From positions 288,001-352,000 of the forward strand of contig JAYZBQ010000048.1 of NCBI GenBank assembly GCA_036338695.1: a stretch of 64,000 nt of DNA. The letters are read 5' to 3'. Of this stretch, positions 1-9,080 are shown piece by piece. Made by a program: the position numbers and the translations under genes. Under the pieces are notes generated by a model that was not told the DNA's origin, searched no databases, and was given only the letters and a program-made list of their open reading frames with translations. The stretch's first letter is position 1. Each line of letters begins with the position of its first letter. This stretch comes from Myxococcota bacterium (GTDB taxonomy: Bacteria; Myxococcota; UBA4151).

Positions 1-1341
1 CCGCCCCTTCTCACCGGTCTGGTTGCACTTAAGGTTCGACGCATCCTTAAAGGTCATCCACCCGTTACCGGTCTGGGCGAGGCTCTTCATCATCCGCGAA
101 TAGAGCTTGCGCGCCGAGATCGTCCGGAGCGCTTTTCCTTGAGCCTCCGCCTCGAGATACAGCGCACGGAACTCGTCGCCGTAGGTATCGCAAAGCTCCG
201 GCACATCTTTCGGGTCAAACAAGCTCCAGTCCGAGCCGCTCGCAACCCGCTCCATGAAGAGGTCACAGACCCAGTTCGCCAGGTTCAGGTTGTAGGTCCG
301 GCGCGCCTCGTCACCGGTGTTCTCACGCAGATCGAGGAAGGCCTCGATGTCGCCATGCCAAGGCTCAAGGTAGATGCAGCAGGCGCCTTTACGACGGCCA
401 CCTTGGTTCACCGCCGCGACCGACGAATCGAGCGTCTTGAGCCACGGCACAATGCCGTTGCTCAAACCGTTGGTCCCACGAATCAAGGACCCTGCAGCGC
501 GCACTCGATGAAAAGCGATGCCGATCCCCCCACCATGCTTGGAAAGACGCGCCACCTCTTTGTAGCGATCATAGATCGAGTCCAACGAGTCCTGAGGCGA
601 GTCCACCAGGAAGCAACTCGACAGCTGCGGGTGCATGGTGCCGGAGTTGAACAGGGTCGGTGAGCTCGGGAGGTAATCGAAGTTCGAGAAGGTATCGTAG
701 AGGCGAATCGCCTCCTCCGGCGTCTTCGCCAGCCCACAGGCCACGCGCATCAGCGAGGTCTGAGGGGTCTCGATCACGAGCCGCTCGGTCGGGTGCTTCA
801 AGAGGTAACGATCATAGACCGTGCGCAAACCGAAGTACTGAAAGAGCTGGTTACGCTCCGGCTTGATCGCGCCATCGAGCTGCTCGCGATGGGCAGCGAC
901 AAAGGCTGCGAGCGAGTCATTGATGATGCCGAGCTCTTGCCCCTTGAAAATGCCTTGCGAGAAGGTCGTGATGCCCTGCTCTCGAACCTCCTCCTGGATG
1001 AACTCGGCGAGCAAGCGCGCCGCGAGGAACGAATACTCAGGCTCCTCGCCGATCAGCAGCGCCGAGGTCTGGATCGCCAGCGCATCGAGCTCCTTCGTCG
1101 TGGCGCCATCGTAAAGACCGCCAATCGTACGCGTCGCGACAAACATCGGGTCCACGTGTTTGAGGCCGCCCGAACACTGCGCCACACGATTCACAATCCG
1201 GTTCACATCGACGAGCTCGAGGCGACCGTCACGTTTTTTGACGCGCATCGTGACGGGTACCCCTGTAGGGTGAGGCGTTGCGTGATTCGGCTGGTTTTCG
1301 GCGCCTTCAACGAGCTGTGCGGATTGGATATCTAAGGTCAT
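1..1341 (-). CDS. nrdA: Ribonucleoside-diphosphate reductase class Ia alpha subunit with N-terminal ATP-cone (partial, runs off window start)
   Basis: Absent from the ORF track because it is open at the edge. Manual translation from ATG 1341 (GAGGGGG upstream) gives MTLDIQ...MRVKKRDGRLELVDVNRIVNRV (ATP-cone)...GLYDGATTKELD, and the same frame at the window edge reads MMKSLAQTGNGWMTFKDASNLKCNQ, typical of the RNR alpha subunit just before the NLCTE motif. Confidence 0.92.
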   Translation of the reverse strand, partial: MTLDIQSAQLVEGAENQPNHATPHPTGVPVTMRVKKRDGRLELVDVNRIVNRVAQCSGGLKHVDPMFVATRTIGGLYDGATTKELDALAIQTSALLIGEEPEYSFLAARLLAEFIQEEVREQGITTFSQGIFKGQELGIINDSLAAFVAAHREQLDGAIKPERNQLFQYFGLRTVYDRYLLKHPTERLVIETPQTSLMRVACGLAKTPEEAIRLYDTFSNFDYLPSSPTLFNSGTMHPQLSSCFLVDSPQDSLDSIYDRYKEVARLSKHGGGIGIAFHRVRAAGSLIRGTNGLSNGIVPWLKTLDSSVAAVNQGGRRKGACCIYLEPWHGDIEAFLDLRENTGDEARRTYNLNLANWVCDLFMERVASGSDWSLFDPKDVPELCDTYGDEFRALYLEAEAQGKALRTISARKLYSRMMKSLAQTGNGWMTFKDASNLKCNQTGEKGR

Positions 1342-1819
1342 GATCGGCTGGTTCCCCCTCTGAGTCTTCTGTCACAGCAAAACCTGTTCCTAACGCATGG
1401 CGCACGAACCATGCCCCCAGACGACACTGAGGATGCCAAAACAGTTCCTGATGTGAATCGACGGCAAGCGTTTGTTTACCGCCTAAAGCCAGTGGTATCG
1501 AAAGCAAATCGGCCGGGTCAACGATGCAATTTGATGTCTCGAATGAAGCGCTCGCCATTCAACCACAAAAACATCGCATTTTCCGTAACCAAGCGCGGCT
1601 ATCGCAACCCTAATTGAGCGCGGCCCCGGGGCCGCGGCCGCCCCCTTTATCACGCTCAATAGCCGACGAGATGCTTCCAGCGACTTCCGTTTCTAAGGGT
1701 GCTTCGGGGATGAGTTCTATGCAAAATCAGGATGATCGAACGGTGATCTAAAATCTACTCGAACCCCAAAACAGGTGAGTGTGCGCAAAATCACTTTTGA
1801 GGCATCCGCAATTTTCCCC

Positions 1820-2086
1820 TCAACTCGCTGTGCGTTCGCGCCGCTGGGTCAATAATTTGGCACGCTGATCGACCCGCTGCGCTTGGACAAGCAGCTCCCG
1901 CAGCCACTGCGCGCGCGTCATCTCAGCGTCCCACGCGCGCTGACGAAGCCACGCCTCCAACTCGATCGGTATCAAGACCTCAAGGCGCGCCTGCCCCGGA
2001 ACGAGCGAAGGGCCGCAGCCGCGATCGTGTCCCGTCTCCCAAAACTCCTGCTGATCCGCTGTCCAATTCACCCTCTCATGATCCAT
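1820..2086 (-). CDS. Small protein (88 aa) with putative ribbon-helix-helix DNA-binding domain
   Basis: ATG at 2086 with GGAG upstream, overlapping the stop of the upstream gene. RLEVLIPIELEAWLRQRAWDAEMTRAQWLRELL fits the CopG/RHH strand-helix-helix pattern. Confidence 0.55.
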   Translation of the reverse strand: MDHERVNWTADQQEFWETGHDRGCGPSLVPGQARLEVLIPIELEAWLRQRAWDAEMTRAQWLRELLVQAQRVDQRAKLLTQRRERTAS

Positions 2087-2555
2087 CGCTCCACCCTCCC
2101 AAGTGAACAACTCGCTCGCTGTAAACAGCCATCGTTTCGCTCCAACCGCCCCGCTCAAGCGGCGCCGAACACACCCACATGGCGCGGCTCCGATGCAGGG
2201 CACCGAGCGCCCGTCGAAAGACACGCTGCGCCGCAGCCGACGGTGGCTCGCTGTCAAACAACGCATCCAAATGATCAAAAACCACCAAACCCCGTCGGCG
2301 CAGCCGCAACCACGCCAGCAAGAAGTTGAGGGCATGCTCCATGCCGGTCGGCCGGTAGGCGCGAAACAGCGGATCTGCGCAAGCTCGCTGCACACGCCGG
2401 TCGAGGTGCCCGCTGACATCACCGTCGAACCAAACCACCGGCAGCGAGTGAGCGCGTGCGCGCACGCTCTGCGTCATACACCACTGCGTCTTTCCAGCCC
2501 CTTCCCCCCCAACGACCAGCGTTAGGCGGCCGCTGCTGAGTTCCGGCGTGGTCAT
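2076..2555 (-). CDS. Small RecA/RadB/KaiC-fold P-loop ATPase (159 aa)
   Basis: Walker A GRLTLVVGGEGAGKT, second strand VVWFDGD, Walker B GLVVFDHLDAL. ATGA overlap with the comM stop. Confidence 0.7.
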   Translation of the reverse strand: MTTPELSSGRLTLVVGGEGAGKTQWCMTQSVRARAHSLPVVWFDGDVSGHLDRRVQRACADPLFRAYRPTGMEHALNFLLAWLRLRRRGLVVFDHLDALFDSEPPSAAAQRVFRRALGALHRSRAMWVCSAPLERGGWSETMAVYSERVVHLGGWSDGS

Positions 2556-4060
2556 ACAGCCTCACCCAATCCCGCGACGCGCAGTTCAAACGCCTCGGCG
2601 AGGTGCCCAGGCTCGATGCGCTCTGCGCCGGCGAGGTCCGCAATGCTGCGAGCCACCTTGAGCAACCGAGTGACCGCCCGAGGTGATAGGTTGAGGCGAT
2701 CCGCGCTGCGCTCTAAGATCGCCAGCGCCTGCGACGTGGCGTCCACGGTCTTGACGATCTGTCCGCTCAGGTTTGCGTTGGCGCAGCCCTGGCGCTGCTC
2801 CGCGCGCCGGCGCGCCGCAGCGATCCGTGCGCGCAGCTCGATCGGGTCGTCGCACCCTGCCGCTGGCTCATCAAGAACAGCGCCTGCGCTCGGGCGCTCC
2901 ATCCGCACCTGAAGGTCGATTCGATCCAGGATCGGGCCGCTGATTTTGGATTGATAACGAGCCACCGTTGATGGAGCGCATCGACACCCGCGCTCGAGCG
3001 AGCCGTAGAAACCGCATGGACAGGGGTTCGATGCGGCGACGATCATCACGCACGCAGGGAAGCGAACTCGGCACCCTGCACGCGTCATCGTCAGGTGACC
3101 GTCCTCAAGCGGCTGACGGAGCGCCTCGAGCGCCCCGCGAGGAAACTCTGAGAATTCGTCGAGAAATAAAATCCCGCCGTGAGCGATGGTCACCTCACCT
3201 GGGCGCAGCGGGTTTCCACCGCCGACCATGCCCGCCGTGCTGATCGAATGATGCGGCGCCCTGAAGGGGCGCGCCGGGATGGCGGCCGGCGCTTCGCCCT
3301 CGACGACCGAGCGAATACGTAAGACCTCGAGCAGCTCTTGCCCCTCAAGCGGCGGCATCAGCGACGGCAGCGCCCGCGCCAAAAGCGTCTTGCCGGTTCC
3401 GGGGGGGCCAACGAGCAACAGATTGTGACCGCCGGTCAGCGCAATCTCAGCGGCTCGTTTCGCTTGAGCCTGCCCCCGAAGCTCCGCCCAAGACACCGCC
3501 TCTTCGACAGGGAGCGGTTCCGGTTCGGCGGGAGGAGCTGGGACGTACCGCCCCGTTTTCAGCCAGGTCAGCGCCGACTTGAGGTCGGGGCAGGCGATCA
3601 CCTCAAGCCCGTCGATCAGACCCGCCTCTCGGGCGTTCTGCGCCGGGACCACAGCGTAACGGGCGCCGGACTTTTGAGCTCGCTCCAAAATCGGAAGCAC
3701 GCCACGCACGGGCTGAAGCCGTCCATCGAGCGAGAGCTCGCCCAAGCAGACGCTTTGGTCGAGCCGGCTCTGGTCGATCGACTCGCCCTCGGCCAAACAC
3801 GCGACGGCGAGCGCCAGGTCGAGCGCGCTGCCCTCTTTGCGCAGCTCGGCAGGCGCGAGATTGAGCACAATGCGCTTCCTTGGCCACGAATAACCCGAGG
3901 CGCGCACCGCCTGCTCGACGCGAATACGCGCCTCTTTGAGCGCGGTGCCCGCTAACCCAACCAAATCAAAATAAGGAATGCCCGGGCGCAGGCTCGCCTC
4001 GACGCAGACGCGCTGCCCATCCACCCCCACCACAACGCCTGTGTACACAAAATGGGTCAT
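2552..4060 (-). CDS. comM: YifB/ComM family Mg-chelatase-like AAA+ ATPase
   Basis: Lon-C-like N-terminus (LNLAPAELRKEGSALDL), Walker A GPPGTGKT, PFRAPHHS, AHGGILFLDEF, NPCPCG, ISGPILDRID. Start placed at ATG 4060 after GGAGG. Confidence 0.95.
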   Translation of the reverse strand: MTHFVYTGVVVGVDGQRVCVEASLRPGIPYFDLVGLAGTALKEARIRVEQAVRASGYSWPRKRIVLNLAPAELRKEGSALDLALAVACLAEGESIDQSRLDQSVCLGELSLDGRLQPVRGVLPILERAQKSGARYAVVPAQNAREAGLIDGLEVIACPDLKSALTWLKTGRYVPAPPAEPEPLPVEEAVSWAELRGQAQAKRAAEIALTGGHNLLLVGPPGTGKTLLARALPSLMPPLEGQELLEVLRIRSVVEGEAPAAIPARPFRAPHHSISTAGMVGGGNPLRPGEVTIAHGGILFLDEFSEFPRGALEALRQPLEDGHLTMTRAGCRVRFPACVMIVAASNPCPCGFYGSLERGCRCAPSTVARYQSKISGPILDRIDLQVRMERPSAGAVLDEPAAGCDDPIELRARIAAARRRAEQRQGCANANLSGQIVKTVDATSQALAILERSADRLNLSPRAVTRLLKVARSIADLAGAERIEPGHLAEAFELRVAGLGEAV

Positions 4061-4171
4061 CGGAACCTCCGAGTCACCATCTCGCACGGAGTGTTCCAGA
4101 TCTTATCTGAAGTATTTTCAGCTAGTTAAGTTATGCCTGCTGGCGCGACCTGACCCAAACGCAACGCCCAC

Positions 4172-5116
4172 TCAACCGGGTTGAGACAGGCCGATGGCTC
4201 GGGCGTGGCGCAGATCTTGACCGTCCCGTTTGTAAAACCCTGCATAACGCGCCGCCAACGCCTGCTCGTCGTCAGGGAGGGCGCGCTGTCGGACAAAACG
4301 AAACTGCGCATCGATCCCGATGAGGTCGCCTTCAGCGAGAGGCTCCCAGATGTCCTCGGTCGAGATCGTCTCGCTAGCGATGAGCAGGTGGTTCACCTCT
4401 TTGGCGCGCAGCGGGTGCATGCAGGGAAGCTCCTGACCATCTCGCCAGCGAGAGCAGTCGTTCATCTTTTCACAGTAGCGCTTCTGCGTGGAGAAAAACA
4501 GACCACGCCCCAGCCGGTTGGCGACCATCGAGCGACCATCCGTCGCCAAGAAATTAATCAAGGGTGGCGGCGCGCCGGTCTCTTGAGCCAAGCGACAGAG
4601 CGTCCCAATGGTCGCTCTCATGGCGTCGAAGGCGACGATCCCCGGCGCCGGGGACTCGGGCGCAACACCTCGCAACCCGAGCTGCGTCAAAAACAAGTAA
4701 AAGCAGCGCTCCGAGTCCGTCTCACCTTGAACGAGAGGCCGAAACTCCGGGTCGATCTCATCCATCAAGAGGCGCTCGTAGTGTTCGAGCCCTTGCAGCG
4801 TCCCGTTGTGCGCAAACACCCAGCGCCCAGCAGAGAACGGGTGCGTATTCGTCAGGTCATGCCCACCGACCGTACCGAGCCGAACATGTGCGATCACCGT
4901 CTGGCTCCGCACGAAGCGGGCGAGGTTCGTGAAATCGCCATCACCGATGGCCTTGCTCAAGCCGCGCCGCAGAATGGGCGTGGTCCCTTCGAAGAACCCA
5001 ATCCCCCAACCGTCGGGGTTGCTCTCGCTCTGCTGCGCAAGCGCATTCTCGGCTAACACTAAGCTGTGGTGGACGCCGATGTTCACGGCGCTGCGAAACC
5101 CAAAAAGACGACACAT
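4172..5116 (-). CDS. Class II (Ntn) glutamine amidotransferase, YafJ/EgtC-like
   Basis: N-terminal nucleophile MCRLFG, NPDGWG, IAHVR, NTHPF, FAHNG, GETDSE. Confidence 0.9.
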   Translation of the reverse strand: MCRLFGFRSAVNIGVHHSLVLAENALAQQSESNPDGWGIGFFEGTTPILRRGLSKAIGDGDFTNLARFVRSQTVIAHVRLGTVGGHDLTNTHPFSAGRWVFAHNGTLQGLEHYERLLMDEIDPEFRPLVQGETDSERCFYLFLTQLGLRGVAPESPAPGIVAFDAMRATIGTLCRLAQETGAPPPLINFLATDGRSMVANRLGRGLFFSTQKRYCEKMNDCSRWRDGQELPCMHPLRAKEVNHLLIASETISTEDIWEPLAEGDLIGIDAQFRFVRQRALPDDEQALAARYAGFYKRDGQDLRHARAIGLSQPG

Positions 5117-5119
5117 GGA

Positions 5120-5689
5120 CTAATGACTCACGACATACCAGAAGGCACCAATAAAGAGGGTTATCCCCAAAATGGCCACCGTTATCCACAGCCCGAGCGG
5201 ATTTTCAGGCTCGACCTCATCGTCGACACCCCAGCGCTGCTCTTCCGAGCGGCTCTTGAGCACATGCGTCAAGGTCACCTCGCCGGTCACCGAGTCCTGA
5301 CTTGCAGGCGGCTCAGCGCCGAGATGCTCGGCGAGCCGATGCATCAGATGGCGCAGGTAAAAGTCGCTCTGCTGGACGTGGCAAAGCAGCCCGAAGGCGG
5401 CGAAGAAGAGCTCGCTGCTTGGACCCCAGTCTTGAACCGTTTTTGAAGAGGGCACGGAATGGTCTCCGCCACCTTGCTCGGAGCCCGAGATCACCCCTCG
5501 CTCCCGCTCCCAGCGAACGACCAGCCCACCAAAGGTGAATTCTTGACGCATGATCTGCCCCTGCCGGTCGACCCACGAGACCACATCGGTCGTGTTCTCG
5601 CCACGATGCCAGATTCGACGCAGACCATCCCCCCGGAAGGTGGAGTCACCTACGAACACACGCTTTAAGCTTCCCGCCACACGACGCAT
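5120..5689 (-). CDS. Hypothetical protein with C-terminal transmembrane helix
   Basis: 189-aa ORF co-oriented with and 3 nt from the downstream gene. Hydrophobic C-terminus LWITVAILGITLFIGAFWYVV. Confidence 0.65.
   Translation of the reverse strand: MRRVAGSLKRVFVGDSTFRGDGLRRIWHRGENTTDVVSWVDRQGQIMRQEFTFGGLVVRWERERGVISGSEQGGGDHSVPSSKTVQDWGPSSELFFAAFGLLCHVQQSDFYLRHLMHRLAEHLGAEPPASQDSVTGEVTLTHVLKSRSEEQRWGVDDEVEPENPLGLWITVAILGITLFIGAFWYVVSH
5161..5190 (+). promoter_or_regulatory. Pair of DnaA-box-like 9-mers (TTATCCCCA, TTATCCACA)
   Basis: Perfect consensus box at 5182-5190 and a one-mismatch box at 5161-5169, same orientation, 21 bp apart. Confidence 0.4.
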
Positions 5690-5859
5690 CGTGCCTTCGT
5701 CACCAGCAAGAAGCAGTTTGCCAACCTGGCTGATCAGTTTGCGTTACTCCACCGCGGTCCATCCAAACGGATGCGCCTAGGCTACGCTGACCTGAACAGA
5801 ACTCAAAAAACGGACCACCTGAGACAACCTTGGCGCAGGCTGGTCTCCTTGTAAGTGGA

Positions 5860-7230
5860 TCAGCCTGCGCCGCCGACCGCCATCGACGTCACACGCAAGG
5901 TGGGGCAGGCGGTCTTTCGATCCCAAACCAGGTCGTCGGCGACGGCATCGATGCCGCCAAAGAGCTCATCAAAACTCGCCGAGACGGTGAACTCAGCGAT
6001 GGGCTCTGCGAGCTGCCCCGCCCGAATCATTCGACCAAAGGCGCCGCGGCTGAAGTCACCGGTCAGCGAATTGAACCCAAACCCGATCGTCCCTTCGACG
6101 TAGATCCCTTCGTCGATGTCGGCGATCAACGCCTCGGGCGTAAGCGGTCCAGGAGCCATGTAGAGATTGGTTGTCCCTTCGCCCGGCTGGCTCGCCATCG
6201 GGCGCGACGCGCTCGCCGTCGGTGGCAGGCCGGTCCGGTTCGCCCCATACTGAGCCGCCAAAAACATGCTCAGCTCGCCGCCTTCGACCAGGACGTTTCG
6301 CCGTCTGGCGCGCCCCTCCCCATCCACAGCAGAAGACCCCAATAAACCCGGAATAAGCGGGTCATCGATCAGAGTCACCACCGAGCTTGCGATCGCGGTG
6401 TTGAGCCGGTCAGCGAGGTAGGTCCGCTGACGCCAGAGCGCCGTTGCGGTCGCACAGCTCGTGAGCAAACCGATCAAGGCGGGTGAGGCCTCGCGGCTAA
6501 ACACGACCGGGTAGCGACCGGTCGCTGGCTTGGCAGCGCCGAGCCGAGCGAGGGCTCGGCGAGCCGCCTCTGCGCCCACTTGGTCAGCCGGTTTCAGGTC
6601 GGCGAGGCGACGGCTGGTCGACCCATAATAACCGTTTCGCTTCTTGCCTTCGTGGTCGTCGCAGATGGCGTCAGCAACCAAGCTCTGCCACCCGCCCGTG
6701 ATGGCTCGACGCAACCCATTCGACGCGGCGGTCACCGAGGTCGAATACGCAGCGCCAAAGCTGGCTCCGTCGGTGGCGGTGATGCGCGCATCAAAGCCTC
6801 GCACCGCCCGCTCGGCTTCCAGCGCACGCTGCAGCCGAACCGGCGCCTCCTCGGTGACCGTCGCTGGGTCAAAAGTGCCTAGGTCCACGGCTTTGCCGTC
6901 GAGTTCATCCGCCGGCGCAAGGGTGTGGTGCTCGTCGGGGTCGACATGCGGGGCGGCGTCGATCAGATCGCGCATCAGCGCGTCCACGACCTCGGGCCGC
7001 AGATCACTGCTCGAGCCTGTCACGACGCGCCCGTCAACAAACAGACGCACGCCAAGCCCCTGATTGCCAGCCTCTTCGAGCTTATCGAGCGACTCCCCGC
7101 GATAGGCACACGAGAACTCTTGCCCGGCGCCGAGCGTGATCTCGGCGTCATCGGCGCCGAGTGCGAGCGCCCGATCGAGCACCTCTTCCGCCTGTGTTAG
7201 AAGCTGCGCTTCGCGCTCTTGCGGGTTCAT
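5860..7230 (-). CDS. pmbA: TldE/PmbA family protein
   Basis: DDAEI N-terminus, LIDDP, DGEG, NSLTGDFSRGAFG; no HExxxH motif. ATGA-coupled to tldD, with start MNPQER at 7230. Confidence 0.9.
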   Translation of the reverse strand: MNPQEREAQLLTQAEEVLDRALALGADDAEITLGAGQEFSCAYRGESLDKLEEAGNQGLGVRLFVDGRVVTGSSSDLRPEVVDALMRDLIDAAPHVDPDEHHTLAPADELDGKAVDLGTFDPATVTEEAPVRLQRALEAERAVRGFDARITATDGASFGAAYSTSVTAASNGLRRAITGGWQSLVADAICDDHEGKKRNGYYGSTSRRLADLKPADQVGAEAARRALARLGAAKPATGRYPVVFSREASPALIGLLTSCATATALWRQRTYLADRLNTAIASSVVTLIDDPLIPGLLGSSAVDGEGRARRRNVLVEGGELSMFLAAQYGANRTGLPPTASASRPMASQPGEGTTNLYMAPGPLTPEALIADIDEGIYVEGTIGFGFNSLTGDFSRGAFGRMIRAGQLAEPIAEFTVSASFDELFGGIDAVADDLVWDRKTACPTLRVTSMAVGGAG

Positions 7231-8651
7231 ACGTTGCTCCCACCGATGGTCATCTTGGCGACACGAATGCTCGGCATTCCGACCCCAACCGGGACGCTCT
7301 GACCGTCCTTTCCACAGGTCCACCGCCCATCAGAGAGGGCAAAATCGTTAGCGACCATATCAACCTTACCGAGCGCATCCGGCCCATTACCGATCAAGTT
7401 GACGTCTTTGAGTGGCGCCGTAATTTTGCCGTCTTCGATCAGATACGCCTCCGTGGTGGAGAAGACGAAGTCGCCGTTGCTGATGTTGACCTGACCACCG
7501 CTGAACGAGACGCAATAGATCCCCTTGTTGACGGAGCGGACGAGCTCGTCGTGGGTGCTCTCACCATCGAGCAGATAGGTGTTCGACATACGCGGCATCG
7601 GCAGGTGACGGAAGCTCTCGCGGCGACCGCTCCCGGGGCGTGCGCCAAAGTGCTTCGCCGAGATGGAGTCGTGCATGTAGTCGGCGAGCCGACCTGCGTC
7701 GATCAAGACGCGCTGGGTGGGGTCGTTCCCCTCATCGTCAACGTTGATGGCGCCGCGATCGCCGACGACGCTGGGGTCATCGACGACGGTGCAGAGTTCC
7801 GACGCGACGGGCTGACCGATCCGGTCCGTGTAGGTGCTGGTCCCCTTGCGGTTGAAGTCGGCCTCGAGACCATGGCCGACCGCCTCATGCAGAAGGATGC
7901 CTGAGTCGCCGGCTTTCAGGACCACTGGGAACTCACCGGCTGGGGCGGCGACGGCGTCGAGGAGCGTCAGCGCAGTTTGAACCGCGCGCTGAGCGTGAAG
8001 CTCCGGGCTGACCTCGTCGAAATACTCGACACCCTTTCGCCCGCCGCCGCTCTCCATGGCGCGCTGCTGCTGAGTTCCGTCATCGACGACCACCTGGATC
8101 GAGAACCGCAACATCGGCTGGTGGTCATCGACGCGCAGGCCATCGGCTCGGACGATGCGGATCGTGCGCGTCGACTCAGCGACCATCACCTCGACCTGTT
8201 TGACCCGCGGGTCGGCAGCGCGCGCCGCGGCGTCGGCGCGCCGGACCAACTCCATCCGCTCTTTGAAGCTTCGGTCGACCAGCAAAGACTCGGCGTGGTA
8301 GCGGTCGTGCGCAGCGGCCTTAGGCTGCACCGCTTGGGCTGACACCTGCGCCTCCCCGGTGGCGATGCAGGCGGCGGTACGGCACGCTCGCCGAATCGAC
8401 TCCTCGGTCAGCTCTTCCGTGTAGGCGAAGCCGCTGGCGTCACCCCGTAAGACGCGCACGCCGACGCCCTTGTCGATGTGGCGGCTGAGTTGCCGAACCT
8501 TGCCGCCCTCAAACACGAGGGAGAAGGCGCTGGTCGCCTCAAAAAACAGGTCGGCGTCGTCGCCGCCGCGCCCCAGCGCGACGCTGAGGAGACGCTGAGC
8601 CGTTGCGTCGTCGATTGAGAATGGGTCTGTGGTCAAACCGTCACCTTTCAC
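7227..8651 (-). CDS. tldD: TldD metalloprotease
   Basis: ILLHEAVGHGLEADFNRKGTS, MPRMSNTY, CGKDGQSVPVGVGMP. Start could alternatively be TTG at 8636. Confidence 0.95.
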   Translation of the reverse strand: MKGDGLTTDPFSIDDATAQRLLSVALGRGGDDADLFFEATSAFSLVFEGGKVRQLSRHIDKGVGVRVLRGDASGFAYTEELTEESIRRACRTAACIATGEAQVSAQAVQPKAAAHDRYHAESLLVDRSFKERMELVRRADAAARAADPRVKQVEVMVAESTRTIRIVRADGLRVDDHQPMLRFSIQVVVDDGTQQQRAMESGGGRKGVEYFDEVSPELHAQRAVQTALTLLDAVAAPAGEFPVVLKAGDSGILLHEAVGHGLEADFNRKGTSTYTDRIGQPVASELCTVVDDPSVVGDRGAINVDDEGNDPTQRVLIDAGRLADYMHDSISAKHFGARPGSGRRESFRHLPMPRMSNTYLLDGESTHDELVRSVNKGIYCVSFSGGQVNISNGDFVFSTTEAYLIEDGKITAPLKDVNLIGNGPDALGKVDMVANDFALSDGRWTCGKDGQSVPVGVGMPSIRVAKMTIGGSNV

Positions 8652-8726
8652 TTAGCGATTGCTGTCCTTTCAGCGCGCTTTGGACTAACACACAAAGCAC
8701 GAGAACGATCGCCTGATGGAGGTACG

Positions 8727-9080
8727 ATGCCGCAGCAGGACCGAGGCGACAAGCGTGGGTATGTCCTGATCTGTGAGGGGCCGTCCTGCGGGACCACACA
8801 CCAAGGTCAACTCCCAGGGCATGCGCATGAACTTCTCGACGGCTGCGCTTGGCGAACCGGCCCTTGCCTCGGCATGTGCCCCGTCGGCCCCAACGCCATC
8901 GTCCGGCGTGAACCGATCGAGGAGCGACGCGCAAACCAACAGATCGGCGCAGCGGACACCATCTTGTGCGGCATCGCTGACCCGGAAGACCTGGCGCGCC
9001 TTGTGGAAGAGAGCTTAGCGCCCGAAGAGCCCCCGCGCCTGCTCAAAGGGCAAGCCACCCCGCAACAATTGAGGCGCTAG
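8727..9080 (+). CDS. Thioredoxin-like [2Fe-2S] ferredoxin-domain protein
   Basis: VLICEGPSC...GPCLGMCPVGPN matches the C-x4-C...CLGxC pattern. GGAGG precedes the ATG. Confidence 0.75.
   Translation: MPQQDRGDKRGYVLICEGPSCGTTHQGQLPGHAHELLDGCAWRTGPCLGMCPVGPNAIVRREPIEERRANQQIGAADTILCGIADPEDLARLVEESLAPEEPPRLLKGQATPQQLRR

Noticed and set aside
139..1335. Plus-strand ORFs 139-663 and 793-1335
   Set aside because: They are antisense shadows of nrdA, which carries the recognisable motifs on the minus strand.
1342..1819. Cobalamin riboswitch or NrdR box upstream of nrdA
   Set aside because: I read the minus strand and found neither the B12-box elements nor an NrdR-like palindrome; cmscan would be decisive.
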